Below, one piece after another: positions 23,452-32,002 of a stretch of 32,465 bases of DNA. The stretch comes from a virus: IMG/VR virus record IMGVR_UViG_3300000969_000004, positions 1 to 32,465 of that record; one strand, given 5' to 3'. The notes beneath the pieces were generated by a model. That model saw only the letters and a list, made by a program, of their open reading frames with translations. It did not search any database and was not told where the DNA came from. Both the position numbers and the translations under genes were made by a program. How positions within the stretch are numbered: the first letter of the stretch is position 1; each line of letters opens with the position of its first letter.

Positions 23452-23811
23452 TTGGCAACGATAGGAATATTTTCAAATTCAAATGGCAATGATAGTAATG
23501 CAAACGTTTCAGAAGATTCATTAATTTCATTTGGAACGGCACAATCAAACTATCAAGATGTTGGTGATACGAGAATGCAATGGGGTCTGTCTTCAAGTTC
23601 TAGCGATAACATAAAGGTTATCTTACCTAAGCCTTTCGCTAATAATAATTATGTTGTAACTTTAATGGGAACTTTTGGTGCGGCAGCATATCCTGGTGAG
23701 AATGTTGCTACTACGGCAGTTAATGGTTTAAAGACGCCAACAGAATTTAGCATAAGTACAAGTGATGCGAATGCTGAGTTCGATTGGATAGCAGTAGGTG
23801 TTAAGCCATAA
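23452..23811 (+). CDS. small protein with gp53-like tail-fibre C-terminal-type domain (start uncertain: TTG 23452 or ATG 23575)
   Basis: MQWGLSSSSSDNIKVILPKPFANNNYVVTLMGTF... resembles the 'qWG ... v-fP-pF ... v' pattern of gp53-like fibre C-terminal domains. No ATG before residue 42. Confidence 0.35.
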   Translation: MATIGIFSNSNGNDSNANVSEDSLISFGTAQSNYQDVGDTRMQWGLSSSSSDNIKVILPKPFANNNYVVTLMGTFGAAAYPGENVATTAVNGLKTPTEFSISTSDANAEFDWIAVGVKP

Positions 23812-23864
23812 ATAGTTCAACGCCAAATTATTCCACATTTTTACCAATACCAGGGCAGGCGGAG

Positions 23865-25166
23865 GTGCTTTATGACATTAAGGACTTTGATTACACCAAT
23901 GGCGTTTTTGAGTTACTTTTGTCTGGCTCTGTTGGCAGCGCTAAGTCTATGCTTCTTGCGCATATTGCAGTTGATCACTGTTTACGTAATCCTGGGGCCG
24001 TGTTCGGCATTGGGCGACTGGCTTTACCAAGGCTCAAAGAAACGCTTTGCCAAAAGATCAGGGAGCACCTTGATGGCACAGGCATCCGGTATTCATATGA
24101 CCAAACCAAAGGTAGTTTTAAATTTTCCAACGGATCGAGAATAGTTGCCTTCAGTTGGGCAGATAAGCAGTACGAGAAGTTCAGATCATATGAATTAAGC
24201 GGCATGGGCTTTGAGGAGCTCAGTGAGAACCGAGGTGATCATGAGCGTGCTTACAAGGAGGCTTTTGCCAGGGTTGGCAGGCTTCGTCACGTAAAAGAGA
24301 AATTGATAGTTTCGGCTAGTAATCCAGACAGTCCTGGTCACTGGGCTTATAAATACTTTATAAATAATAAGAGCGCGTCTCGTCGGGTTTATTACTCACG
24401 GACGAGTGATAACCCGTTTTTACCTAAATCATACATTAAGAACTTAACCGAGATGTATGATCCAAAGATGTATAAGCGAATGGTCTTGGGTCAGTGGATT
24501 GAAATCTCAGACGAAGTCATTTATCACACCTACGACAGTGCGCTAAACTTCAAGGATTATGAGTATAAGGTTGATGATAGGTTTCCTATTTATATGTTCT
24601 TTGATTTTAACATTGGTCATGGAAAGCCACTGAGTCTTGGATTTCATCAGTTTATTCGTGGTGAATACCATGTTTTTGCGGAAGTGATTATTGAGGGTCA
24701 AAGGACAGAGGATGCCTTGGTTGAGGCTTATAACCGCGGGTTACTAGACCATGATACTAACTATGTAGTTCATGGTGATGCTACTGGTCGGGCCAGGAAT
24801 ACAAGAAGCGTGCATAGTGATTATGATGTTATTGAGGATTACTTAGAGTCTAAAAGGATAAGGTTTGACATTGATGTACCAAGGTCTAACCCTCCAATAC
24901 GCGAGCGGCATAACATCGTGAACCGGGTTATTCTTAGTCAAGGGGGCAAGCGTCGATTATTTGTTTATAAGGGTTGTGACATAACCGATGAAGGTTTGAG
25001 GTTAACAGCGCTTAAAAAGAACGCAAACTACTTGGAAGATGATTCCAAAAGGTATCAGCATATAACGACCGCTTTGGGTTATAGCCTATGTCAAACAGAA
25101 AACGATATGTTGAACAACAAGAGCGAGACAAGCATACTTACTCTGAGCGGCGGAAAATGGCTTTAG
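23865..25166 (+). CDS. terL: terminase large subunit
   Basis: Deviant Walker A LLSGSVGSAKS, Walker B-like GMGFEELSE, and nuclease-domain acidic motifs (MFFDFNIGHG, VVHGDATGRA). 433 aa, followed by portal. GTG start directly after GGAGG, so the start is slightly uncertain. Confidence 0.8.
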   Translation: MLYDIKDFDYTNGVFELLLSGSVGSAKSMLLAHIAVDHCLRNPGAVFGIGRLALPRLKETLCQKIREHLDGTGIRYSYDQTKGSFKFSNGSRIVAFSWADKQYEKFRSYELSGMGFEELSENRGDHERAYKEAFARVGRLRHVKEKLIVSASNPDSPGHWAYKYFINNKSASRRVYYSRTSDNPFLPKSYIKNLTEMYDPKMYKRMVLGQWIEISDEVIYHTYDSALNFKDYEYKVDDRFPIYMFFDFNIGHGKPLSLGFHQFIRGEYHVFAEVIIEGQRTEDALVEAYNRGLLDHDTNYVVHGDATGRARNTRSVHSDYDVIEDYLESKRIRFDIDVPRSNPPIRERHNIVNRVILSQGGKRRLFVYKGCDITDEGLRLTALKKNANYLEDDSKRYQHITTALGYSLCQTENDMLNNKSETSILTLSGGKWL

Positions 25167-25324
25167 AGGATGGTCTTTATTTTAAAGGCTGTATTAATGC
25201 GCTAGAGGAATGGGATGAAGATTGGGTTTGTTGCCCAGTCTGTGGTGGTCCGATCGTGGAATCAGAAATAACAGGTGAGCTCATGATTGAACATGATCAC
25301 AGCGTTGATACAATTGAGCACTAA
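25088..25324 (+). CDS. small Cys/His protein resembling the N-terminal half of an endonuclease VII / HNH-type fold
   Basis: ...WVCCPVCGGPIVESEITGELMIEHDHSVDTIEH* has C-x2-C followed after 15 residues by DH. The ORF ends 8 codons after that. Overlaps the terL 3' end. Alternative start ATG 25157. Confidence 0.3.
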   Translation: MSNRKRYVEQQERDKHTYSERRKMALEDGLYFKGCINALEEWDEDWVCCPVCGGPIVESEITGELMIEHDHSVDTIEH

Positions 25325-25335
25325 CGGGGGTTCGG

Positions 25336-26808
25336 GTGGAAATAAATCTTCTAGATGCTGGTTTTTTAGCTGGCGTTGCAACTGATATTGAAAGCAGTGA
25401 TAACAAGCTAAGAAAGCTTGAGTCGTATAGAGCATATGACATCTTCAACGGGAATCAGCACAGATATGCGATCGATGCATTGTGCAGAGATTACCCAATT
25501 GAAAGTGTTAAAGCCATGAGAACTGTCACAAGCATTAACTTTGCCAGAAGGATAGTTGATGTTGAGGGGGCGGTTTATAAACATGCTCCATATAGGCACT
25601 TTAATGCTTCAAACGATATGATTTCAGATGCGTTGAATCTTACCTACTCCAAGCTTGGAATTGATCAGAAGAACAAGCTTGCTAATAAGTTCTTCAAGCT
25701 TGATGAGCAATGCGCAAGCATGATTGTTCCGAACCCAGCTACCGGTTGCATAGGAATAAGAAACCTTCAAAACTGGCAGTATGATGTTATTCCCCACCCG
25801 CTGTGGCCAGAGATGGCTATGGCCTACGTTATTCCAGTGTCAAATAATCCTAGGGACTTTTCAGCAAGAACTCGAGGCGATGGTTACGATCAAAGAATTA
25901 GTGACGTTAATGATGGTGAGATGGCCAACAAGAGATACATTCTTTGGAGCAATGAATACAACTTCATGTTCAATGGTTCAGGTGAGATTCTTACCCCAGA
26001 AGACCAAATTGAGAATCCAATCGGTGTAATTCCGATAGTTGACATAAGTGGCCCCAAATCAAATAGCTTTATTAATACGACTGATAATAGTTTATCTAGA
26101 TTCACAATTGATTTCCTATGTCAGTTAAGTGACCACGCAACGAATATTCAGATGCAGGGTTATGCTCAAGCTGTGTTGAGTGCGACTGAGGTTCCAAAAG
26201 ACATAATGGTTGGTCCACAGAGAATCTTGTTTTTGAAAAAGAAAAAGAATGCAGATCCAAGTGAGCAGCCAGAATTTCAGTTTGTAAACCCAAATCCGGA
26301 CATCCAGGGTTCAATGGATAGTTTGATGGGTTTTCTAAGAATGTTTTTATCGAGTCGTGGGAATAAAACTAACGTTGTAACGTCTGGTCAGCAGCAGATG
26401 GAATCAGCCACCAGTGGTTTAGAGCGGCTACTTAAGATGATCGAGCAGCATGATATGAGCCTTGATGACTTTGCATTATTTGAGCAAGTTGAGCGAAAGC
26501 AGTTTGAGATCATTAGGCTATATCACAACTATTTACAGTCCATTAGCCAGGACGTTTTTCCGGTTTCAGAGTCGGCGAGAGGTCCAGAAATTCCAGATGA
26601 CGTAGAATTTGATATAGAGTTCTATGAGCCTCAAATGGTTGAGACGAATGCCGATAAGCAGTCGAGGCTTAATGAAAGGCTTGAAAACGGTACATTGAGC
26701 CGAATTAGATATGTCATGGAGTTGGATGGTGTTGATGAGCAAACAGCTAGAAGGTTACTTCAAGAGGCCGATGAGTTTGGTGCTTTAAGTGATATCCAGT
26801 CGTCTTAG
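25336..26808 (+). CDS. portal protein (positional)
   Basis: 490-aa ORF immediately after terL. GTG start 5 nt after GGGGG. Size and position are typical of a portal. Confidence 0.7.
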   Translation: MEINLLDAGFLAGVATDIESSDNKLRKLESYRAYDIFNGNQHRYAIDALCRDYPIESVKAMRTVTSINFARRIVDVEGAVYKHAPYRHFNASNDMISDALNLTYSKLGIDQKNKLANKFFKLDEQCASMIVPNPATGCIGIRNLQNWQYDVIPHPLWPEMAMAYVIPVSNNPRDFSARTRGDGYDQRISDVNDGEMANKRYILWSNEYNFMFNGSGEILTPEDQIENPIGVIPIVDISGPKSNSFINTTDNSLSRFTIDFLCQLSDHATNIQMQGYAQAVLSATEVPKDIMVGPQRILFLKKKKNADPSEQPEFQFVNPNPDIQGSMDSLMGFLRMFLSSRGNKTNVVTSGQQQMESATSGLERLLKMIEQHDMSLDDFALFEQVERKQFEIIRLYHNYLQSISQDVFPVSESARGPEIPDDVEFDIEFYEPQMVETNADKQSRLNERLENGTLSRIRYVMELDGVDEQTARRLLQEADEFGALSDIQSS

Positions 26809-27379
26809 GAGAAATTTAAGTGCAAGGGATCCGAGATTAATTTTGGATCTACCTCTTATTTTTGGAAAAGAGATAGTAGAGGATCGGTTGCGAGATCAGA
26901 TTGGTCAGCGGGTTATCGATAAGATAGTTGATAGGACTGAGAACTCAAACTTTCTTCAAACTCGTCGTTCAAACAGAAATAGGCGAGCAGCGGACAGGCG
27001 ATTTAACAGTGCTACTCTTTACACGCCAGAGTATGTGAATAGTTTTGAGTTTAGGGTATTTTTCAAGCGTCAGGGTCAGGTGAATCTAACAGCTAGCGGG
27101 GATATGCTAGGTAGTATTGATATAATAGATTCAAGGCCAGACAGGATGACAATTGGTTTTGCAGATCAGCTTGAGGCTAACAAAGCGCATGGTCATATTA
27201 CAGGCAGTGTTGGTAAGCAGCGGGATTTCTTTGGGTTGCCGGAATCAGAAATCATAAATTTGAGGAGAGAGTTTCGCCAAGAGGTATCTGAGAGTGGTCG
27301 GATATTTGGTCAAGATGATCAGAGGCTTCCAGGGGAGAGTAACTTAGATTTCTTGATAAGGGTTCTTGGAATTGGCTAG
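26789..27379 (+). CDS. virion-module protein, paralogue A (basic)
   Basis: Shares blocks with the next ORF: RLRDQIGQRVI/RLQGQIGQLIT, TLYTPEY/TLSPSYR, NLTASGDMLGSI/NLTLSGQFLRSL, FFGLPESEIINLR/IFGLDDRSIQRIR. No in-frame ATG near the 5' end (GTG 26789 or TTG 26843). Confidence 0.5.
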   Translation: MISSRLRRNLSARDPRLILDLPLIFGKEIVEDRLRDQIGQRVIDKIVDRTENSNFLQTRRSNRNRRAADRRFNSATLYTPEYVNSFEFRVFFKRQGQVNLTASGDMLGSIDIIDSRPDRMTIGFADQLEANKAHGHITGSVGKQRDFFGLPESEIINLRREFRQEVSESGRIFGQDDQRLPGESNLDFLIRVLGIG

Positions 27380-27914
27380 GGTAAGGGTAAGGGGAACAAG
27401 GCAGCTTCGTATTGCTATTGAGTCTGAGATAAATAGATTGATTGATGATCCTAGGCTGCAGGGTCAGATTGGTCAGTTGATAACTAGGCGTATGCGTGCA
27501 GAGGCTAGGTTATCTAGGAATATAAGAACGGGTCGTAGTTTGCCAACTTTGTCTCCAAGTTATAGGGCCAGAAGGTCTAGGCTGTCGCGTGGGAGTAGCA
27601 TTGGCAGGGGATTAACGACAGATTCCAGATTTTTTAGGCCCAACACTAGTGTTTCGAATTTAACGTTGAGCGGTCAATTTTTAAGATCTTTGAGGTACAC
27701 GCCGATTAGGTCTGGGAGAAATAGAGGTGAAGTTGTGGTTGCGGCCAGTGGTCGTAGGCGCGAGGGACTTACTAACGCTCAAGTTATAAACTTTTTAATA
27801 GACCGGGATGAGGACTATAACATCTTTGGTTTAGACGATAGATCGATTCAGCGTATAAGAAACTTAGTGACACGTGAGCTAAGGCGTAGACTTAGGACGC
27901 AGAGGGGTAGATGA
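27366..27914 (+). CDS. virion-module protein, paralogue B (very Arg-rich)
   Basis: See paralogue A. About 20% Arg, ending RRRLRTQRGR. TTG start candidates at 27366 and 27372 only. Confidence 0.5.
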   Translation: MELARVRVRGTRQLRIAIESEINRLIDDPRLQGQIGQLITRRMRAEARLSRNIRTGRSLPTLSPSYRARRSRLSRGSSIGRGLTTDSRFFRPNTSVSNLTLSGQFLRSLRYTPIRSGRNRGEVVVAASGRRREGLTNAQVINFLIDRDEDYNIFGLDDRSIQRIRNLVTRELRRRLRTQRGR

Positions 27915-27972
27915 TTTTGTAACTAAAAACCAATTGTGAATGGTTTGCAATTGGCAAAACAATGGAGGTAGA

Positions 27973-28620
27973 ATGTCAGTTGAGTCTAAAGATCCTAGTG
28001 GGATGCCGGAAAGTCAGTCTAGTGGGCAGGCAGCGGAAATCAAAAGCGAGAGAGTTCAAGAGTCTAGTGGACAAGAGCAAGTCGCAAATAATCAGACAGT
28101 AGCGTACGAAACTTACCGAAAGAGCGTGCAACAAGAAAAGGCTGCAAAGCATAGGTTGCAAGAGGCAGAATCAAGGCTTAAGGCCGTTCAGGCTGAGAAA
28201 ATGGAAGCTGAAGGTAAGAAGGATGAGTTGATTGAGTTTTTGAAGAAAGAAAACTCAGAGATGAAGCAGATACAGTTAGAGACTGAAGCTAAGGTGATAC
28301 ACGAGAAAGTGAATTACCAGATTCAGGAGTCAGCAATTGAAATGGACTGTGTGGATGTAGACCTCGTTAAATCGCTCATCGATGTAAGTGATCTGGATGT
28401 TGATGCGAATGCAAATGTAAGCGGAGACAGTTTGGCGCTAGCTTTAGATAGGCTTAAAAGAAGCAAACCTTATTTATTTCTTGGCAACAGAGCAGCAGTT
28501 GTTGATGCGCCACCAGCGAGTAGTTCTCAAGGTCTAAAACCTGAAAAGAAGAATTATTCGCAGTTAAGTGATGCAGATGCGAGAAAGCAGCTTGAGTCAG
28601 AACTAGCTAAATTTATGTAA
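27973..28620 (+). CDS. scaffolding protein (positional and compositional)
   Basis: ATG 27973 sits 5 nt after GGAGG. Acidic, coiled-coil-like (KHRLQEAESRLKAVQAEKMEAEGKKDELIEFLKKENSEMKQIQLE). Directly upstream of the capsid gene. Confidence 0.6.
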   Translation: MSVESKDPSGMPESQSSGQAAEIKSERVQESSGQEQVANNQTVAYETYRKSVQQEKAAKHRLQEAESRLKAVQAEKMEAEGKKDELIEFLKKENSEMKQIQLETEAKVIHEKVNYQIQESAIEMDCVDVDLVKSLIDVSDLDVDANANVSGDSLALALDRLKRSKPYLFLGNRAAVVDAPPASSSQGLKPEKKNYSQLSDADARKQLESELAKFM

Positions 28621-28631
28621 AGGATTTTAAA

Positions 28632-29513
28632 ATGGCAGATGTAATTGGAGCTACGGCTCTAGCAGGTACAAAAGAAGATGCAATTGCAGGGTTTCTGCAA
28701 GCTAAACTAAGACAGAGCGCTTTGCTTTTACCAACGGTCACTGACTACTCGTCTTCGGCAATTGATGGTAGACAGAGTGTATCTATCACTAAGCAAAGTG
28801 ATGAGTTTGTTATTAACAAGCTTCCCACTCCTAACGATGACAACTCAGCATGTCCTCTTCCTCAGAAGATTACTTTCGGAGCTGACAAGATCGATTTCGA
28901 CTGCAGAGCTCACGTATCATGGCAGATCGATGATTTTTGTGACATGCAGTCTCGTATTTCAGCAACTGCAGAAGCTATGGAATCAGCTGGTTATGCCCAT
29001 GGCGCTCACATTGATAAGCTTATCTATGCTAATCTTTTTGACAACGCTTCTGCAGATAACGCTGTTACTGATTCTGGCGACATCATCACTAACATTGCTT
29101 GCGGTGAGCAGAAGCTTCGTGAAGCTAACGTTCCGTATACTATCGGTGATATTTTTTACGTGATGACTCCTGAAGCTAAGAAGGATCTTCTAGTTTCCGG
29201 TAACTTAAAGATTTTGGATACTTCAATATATGGCGGTCAGATGCCTTTACTTCGCGGTGAGATCGGTATGCTTCTAGGAGCTCGTTTGATCGTGACTAAC
29301 CACGCTAATCCAGCTTTTAACTCTGAGCTAGCCGGTTCGCCTATTAAAGGTCAGATGATGTATCACAGAAGAGCACTTGGTTTTGCGCTTCAGTCTGGTC
29401 CTCGCGTTAAGACTGTCGATGATCCCGATTGCTTTACAACTCACTATGGTATGGCTCAGATGTACGGAATGAAAGCATTGTGCGACGGCCGTTATATAGC
29501 TGACATCGTATAA
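28632..29513 (+). CDS. major capsid protein (positional)
   Basis: SD AAGGA. 293-aa ORF right after the scaffold-like gene, with codon usage typical of a highly expressed gene. Confidence 0.65.
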   Translation: MADVIGATALAGTKEDAIAGFLQAKLRQSALLLPTVTDYSSSAIDGRQSVSITKQSDEFVINKLPTPNDDNSACPLPQKITFGADKIDFDCRAHVSWQIDDFCDMQSRISATAEAMESAGYAHGAHIDKLIYANLFDNASADNAVTDSGDIITNIACGEQKLREANVPYTIGDIFYVMTPEAKKDLLVSGNLKILDTSIYGGQMPLLRGEIGMLLGARLIVTNHANPAFNSELAGSPIKGQMMYHRRALGFALQSGPRVKTVDDPDCFTTHYGMAQMYGMKALCDGRYIADIV

Positions 29514-29524
29514 GCGAGAATTGA

Positions 29525-29755
29525 TTGGCTCTTGGAAATGAGAATCTTATTCCAAAGTTTGTTAGTGCGTCGAGTCCGATGGGGCTTCGGCGCGCTATGC
29601 ATTTGAACAATGTTCGAAATGGAAAAACGTTTACTTATTTTCAAATAATGCAAGATCGCTCTCGATGGATAGCTTGGTATTATGATCACGAAACGGACCC
29701 TGAAGAATTGAATAGGGTAGGCAGGGAGGTCTTTAGTGGCGACGAAACTAACTAA
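29525..29755 (+). CDS. hypothetical small protein (start uncertain: TTG 29525 or ATG 29578)
   Basis: 76-aa ORF between the capsid gene and the decoration-like genes. No clear SD. Confidence 0.35.
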   Translation: MALGNENLIPKFVSASSPMGLRRAMHLNNVRNGKTFTYFQIMQDRSRWIAWYYDHETDPEELNRVGREVFSGDETN

Positions 29756-30296
29756 AGATTTAGACTGTATACCAAGGGAAGTTTTAGAAAAAGAGTCGAT
29801 GACGCTTGATTGTAACGATGACGTTGCAAAGAGGGTTGTAGATCCGTGTGCATTATCAAAGCTTGATCAAGTGATTGCGGCTATTCAGGATTTAGAGTTA
29901 TCAGGTGGTGGTGGTGTGTCTAACGTGAAAGATTATATTTCAGATGAGGCTACAATCAGTGCAAATCGCGCAGTGGTTATTAGTGATAGTGGCCTTGGTA
30001 ATGTTAAGTACACTCAGCCCACAGATACAATGAAAATAGAAACTATAGGAATTTCCATAAGTGCAGCATCAATGGGCGGAGTAGTCCGGGTGCAGTGCGA
30101 TGGTTTTTTAAGTGACGGGAGTTTTTCTAGTTTCACTGTTGGTTGTCCAGTTTTTGCGACAGTTGACGGGATGTTGGTTAACAGCATGCCAGCTCTTGAA
30201 AATGGCGAATATGTCTTGAGGGTTGGCAGGTATGTTGGTCACAATACGATAGAGATAGAAATAGAAGAACCACAGCTAATTAGTTTGTGCTCATGA
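29736..30296 (+). CDS. virion protein with DUF2190-like (decoration/cement-type) C-terminal region
   Basis: GTG 6 nt after AGGGAGG. The C-terminal pattern ANRAVVISDSG...IGISISAASMGGVVRVQCDGFL...GCPVFATVDGMLV resembles that of the next gene. Confidence 0.4.
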   Translation: MATKLTKDLDCIPREVLEKESMTLDCNDDVAKRVVDPCALSKLDQVIAAIQDLELSGGGGVSNVKDYISDEATISANRAVVISDSGLGNVKYTQPTDTMKIETIGISISAASMGGVVRVQCDGFLSDGSFSSFTVGCPVFATVDGMLVNSMPALENGEYVLRVGRYVGHNTIEIEIEEPQLISLCS

Positions 30297-30306
30297 AAGG
30301 TATAAA

Positions 30307-30825
30307 ATGTCAGCTTTAGGCAATTTTTTTAAGACAGTGGATGGAACCACTGGTAAGGAAGTTTTAAAGGAAGCGTGCACGACGGCAACTCCAGGGTTGA
30401 GTCAGATTGTTTCCACGGATCCCACAACAGGTCAGCTTAGCCCAGGGTTAATTCCCGGCGGTGAAGTATGCACAGCTCCAGCGGGCGAGGCGTTAGCAGC
30501 AGGTGATGCGGTAACGTTTGATGCAACTGGTAACGTTGTAAAGGCAGACAACACTAACGGCCGCTCAGCGATTGGTTATGTTGTAACAGCCGTTGCAAGT
30601 GGCGATGATGCAGAAGTATTTGGTGAAGGCATCATGACTGTCGCAGGTCCTTTAACAATTGGTCAGTGTGTGTTTTTGGATACTGCTGGTGCAGTAGTTC
30701 AGACACCGATCGATCCGACAGTTGCAGGCAATAATGGCTTCTTGATTCAAGAGGTTGGTATTGCGATTAGCGCGACTCAGATAAAGTTTGAGCGTGGTGA
30801 TGCTTCAACGATTGAGCAGTGCTAG
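30307..30825 (+). CDS. DUF2190-like decoration/cement-type protein with an N-terminal module shared with the next gene
   Basis: AGEALAAGDAVTFDATGNVVKADNTNGRSAIGYVVTAVASGDDAEVFGEGIMTVAGPLTIGQCVFLDTAGAVV fits the DUF2190 pattern as I recall it. The N-terminal 50 aa are homologous to 30833.. Confidence 0.4.
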   Translation: MSALGNFFKTVDGTTGKEVLKEACTTATPGLSQIVSTDPTTGQLSPGLIPGGEVCTAPAGEALAAGDAVTFDATGNVVKADNTNGRSAIGYVVTAVASGDDAEVFGEGIMTVAGPLTIGQCVFLDTAGAVVQTPIDPTVAGNNGFLIQEVGIAISATQIKFERGDASTIEQC

Positions 30826-30832
30826 TTAATTA

Positions 30833-32002
30833 ATGGCAGGTCGTAAAGATTTTTTCAAAACTATAGACGATATCACTGGTAAGGAAACCTTGGCGCAAGC
30901 TTGTACTGAGGCGACCAGTGGTGTTAGTCAGATTGTAGCGACAGATCCTACGACTGGGCTTATTGATCCAAGTCTTTTGCCGGCCTCAAGTGCATCCGGT
31001 AACTTTTCAATATTTCCAATATGGGCAGAGGAATCTGGCGCATTAGCGAGTAATAGTACTCAGTGGTCATATGGTAACGGCGCGACTGGGACAATAGGTA
31101 TTGTGCTTCCAGTTGATGCGGAAGCTTTTGCAATGACACTTGAGGCTGATGTAGTCGGAACTAGTGTATCCATTGAGCTCATGCAAAACGATTTGCCAGT
31201 GGTTAGTACATTGTTTGTTGGTTCAAGGGATTTTGTTAATTTAGATACGCCGATACAATTTGTTGCTGGACAGCAAGTTGGATTTAGAACAGATGTTGAG
31301 ATCGGAGCATATTCAGATGTCCGCGTTGCAGTTTGGTTTAGAATAAGAACAGCAGATGTTGCGATTGATCCTTTATTAAGTAATGGCGGTAATGCTAATA
31401 GTCTTCACCACCATTCTGAGCTTTGCACACCAGACACAACGGATTTAGCAGTCATCACTGAAAATGATTTGAACCTAAGATTTCCAGGATATCCAGAAAC
31501 AAGAGACGATGGCGGAGTTTTCACCAAAGCTCTTACTTCAACAGATGCTAACGGTTCGGTCGTTTTAAGTACAATATTGCCATTTTACCAATCGCAAAAA
31601 GTCGACACTCCTTTAGCTAATCAGTCTACAGCATTGCTTGCTCATAATTCGCTAACTTTAGTGATACCAGATGATGGATTATATGAGGTTAGGGTGTTTT
31701 TCCTATGGTCATCAGATAGTGCTGCAACTGATTTCATATCGGAGCTTAGGCACAACGGGGCAACTCTTGCTAGGCAAAGACATGAGCCTCAAGATGTGGC
31801 TGGCGTAGGTATAGTTGCAGATACTATTAACGCAGCTGGGACAATTAACACTGGGACAGATCAGAGATACCCATCATACATGGAAGATGATGTTCAGCTA
31901 TTGGCTGGCAGTCATACGTTTGAGTTAGTGTTTGCAGCGAGCACAACAAATGATGAGCCCACAGTTTACCAGTCGCTAGTTAAAGTCAGGAGGGTTCAGT
32001 GA
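30833..32002 (+). CDS. virion protein (389 aa), head-fibre or decoration-like, sharing an N-terminal module with 30307..
   Basis: N-terminus FFKTIDDITGKETLAQACTEATSGVSQIVATDPTTGLIDPSLLP versus FFKTVDGTTGKEVLKEACTTATPGLSQIVSTDPTTGQLSPGLIP in the previous gene. Confidence 0.45.
   Translation: MAGRKDFFKTIDDITGKETLAQACTEATSGVSQIVATDPTTGLIDPSLLPASSASGNFSIFPIWAEESGALASNSTQWSYGNGATGTIGIVLPVDAEAFAMTLEADVVGTSVSIELMQNDLPVVSTLFVGSRDFVNLDTPIQFVAGQQVGFRTDVEIGAYSDVRVAVWFRIRTADVAIDPLLSNGGNANSLHHHSELCTPDTTDLAVITENDLNLRFPGYPETRDDGGVFTKALTSTDANGSVVLSTILPFYQSQKVDTPLANQSTALLAHNSLTLVIPDDGLYEVRVFFLWSSDSAATDFISELRHNGATLARQRHEPQDVAGVGIVADTINAAGTINTGTDQRYPSYMEDDVQLLAGSHTFELVFAASTTNDEPTVYQSLVKVRRVQ

Noticed and set aside
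27378-27402. G-rich tandem TAGGGTAAGGGTAAGGGGAACAAGG at the A/B paralogue junction as a G-quadruplex or telomere-like repeat.
   Set aside because: Only three G3+ tracts. It is more simply SD-like purine-rich sequence and Arg/Val codons (AGG GTA) at the 5' end of paralogue B.
27930-27972. ATG 27940 as the scaffold start (track ORF 27940-28620), and the hairpin CCAATTG-11 nt-CAATTGG (27930-27954) as a terminator.
   Set aside because: ATG 27940 has no SD and sits in the hairpin loop, whereas ATG 27973 has GGAGG at optimal spacing. The hairpin has no U-tract, so I make no terminator call.
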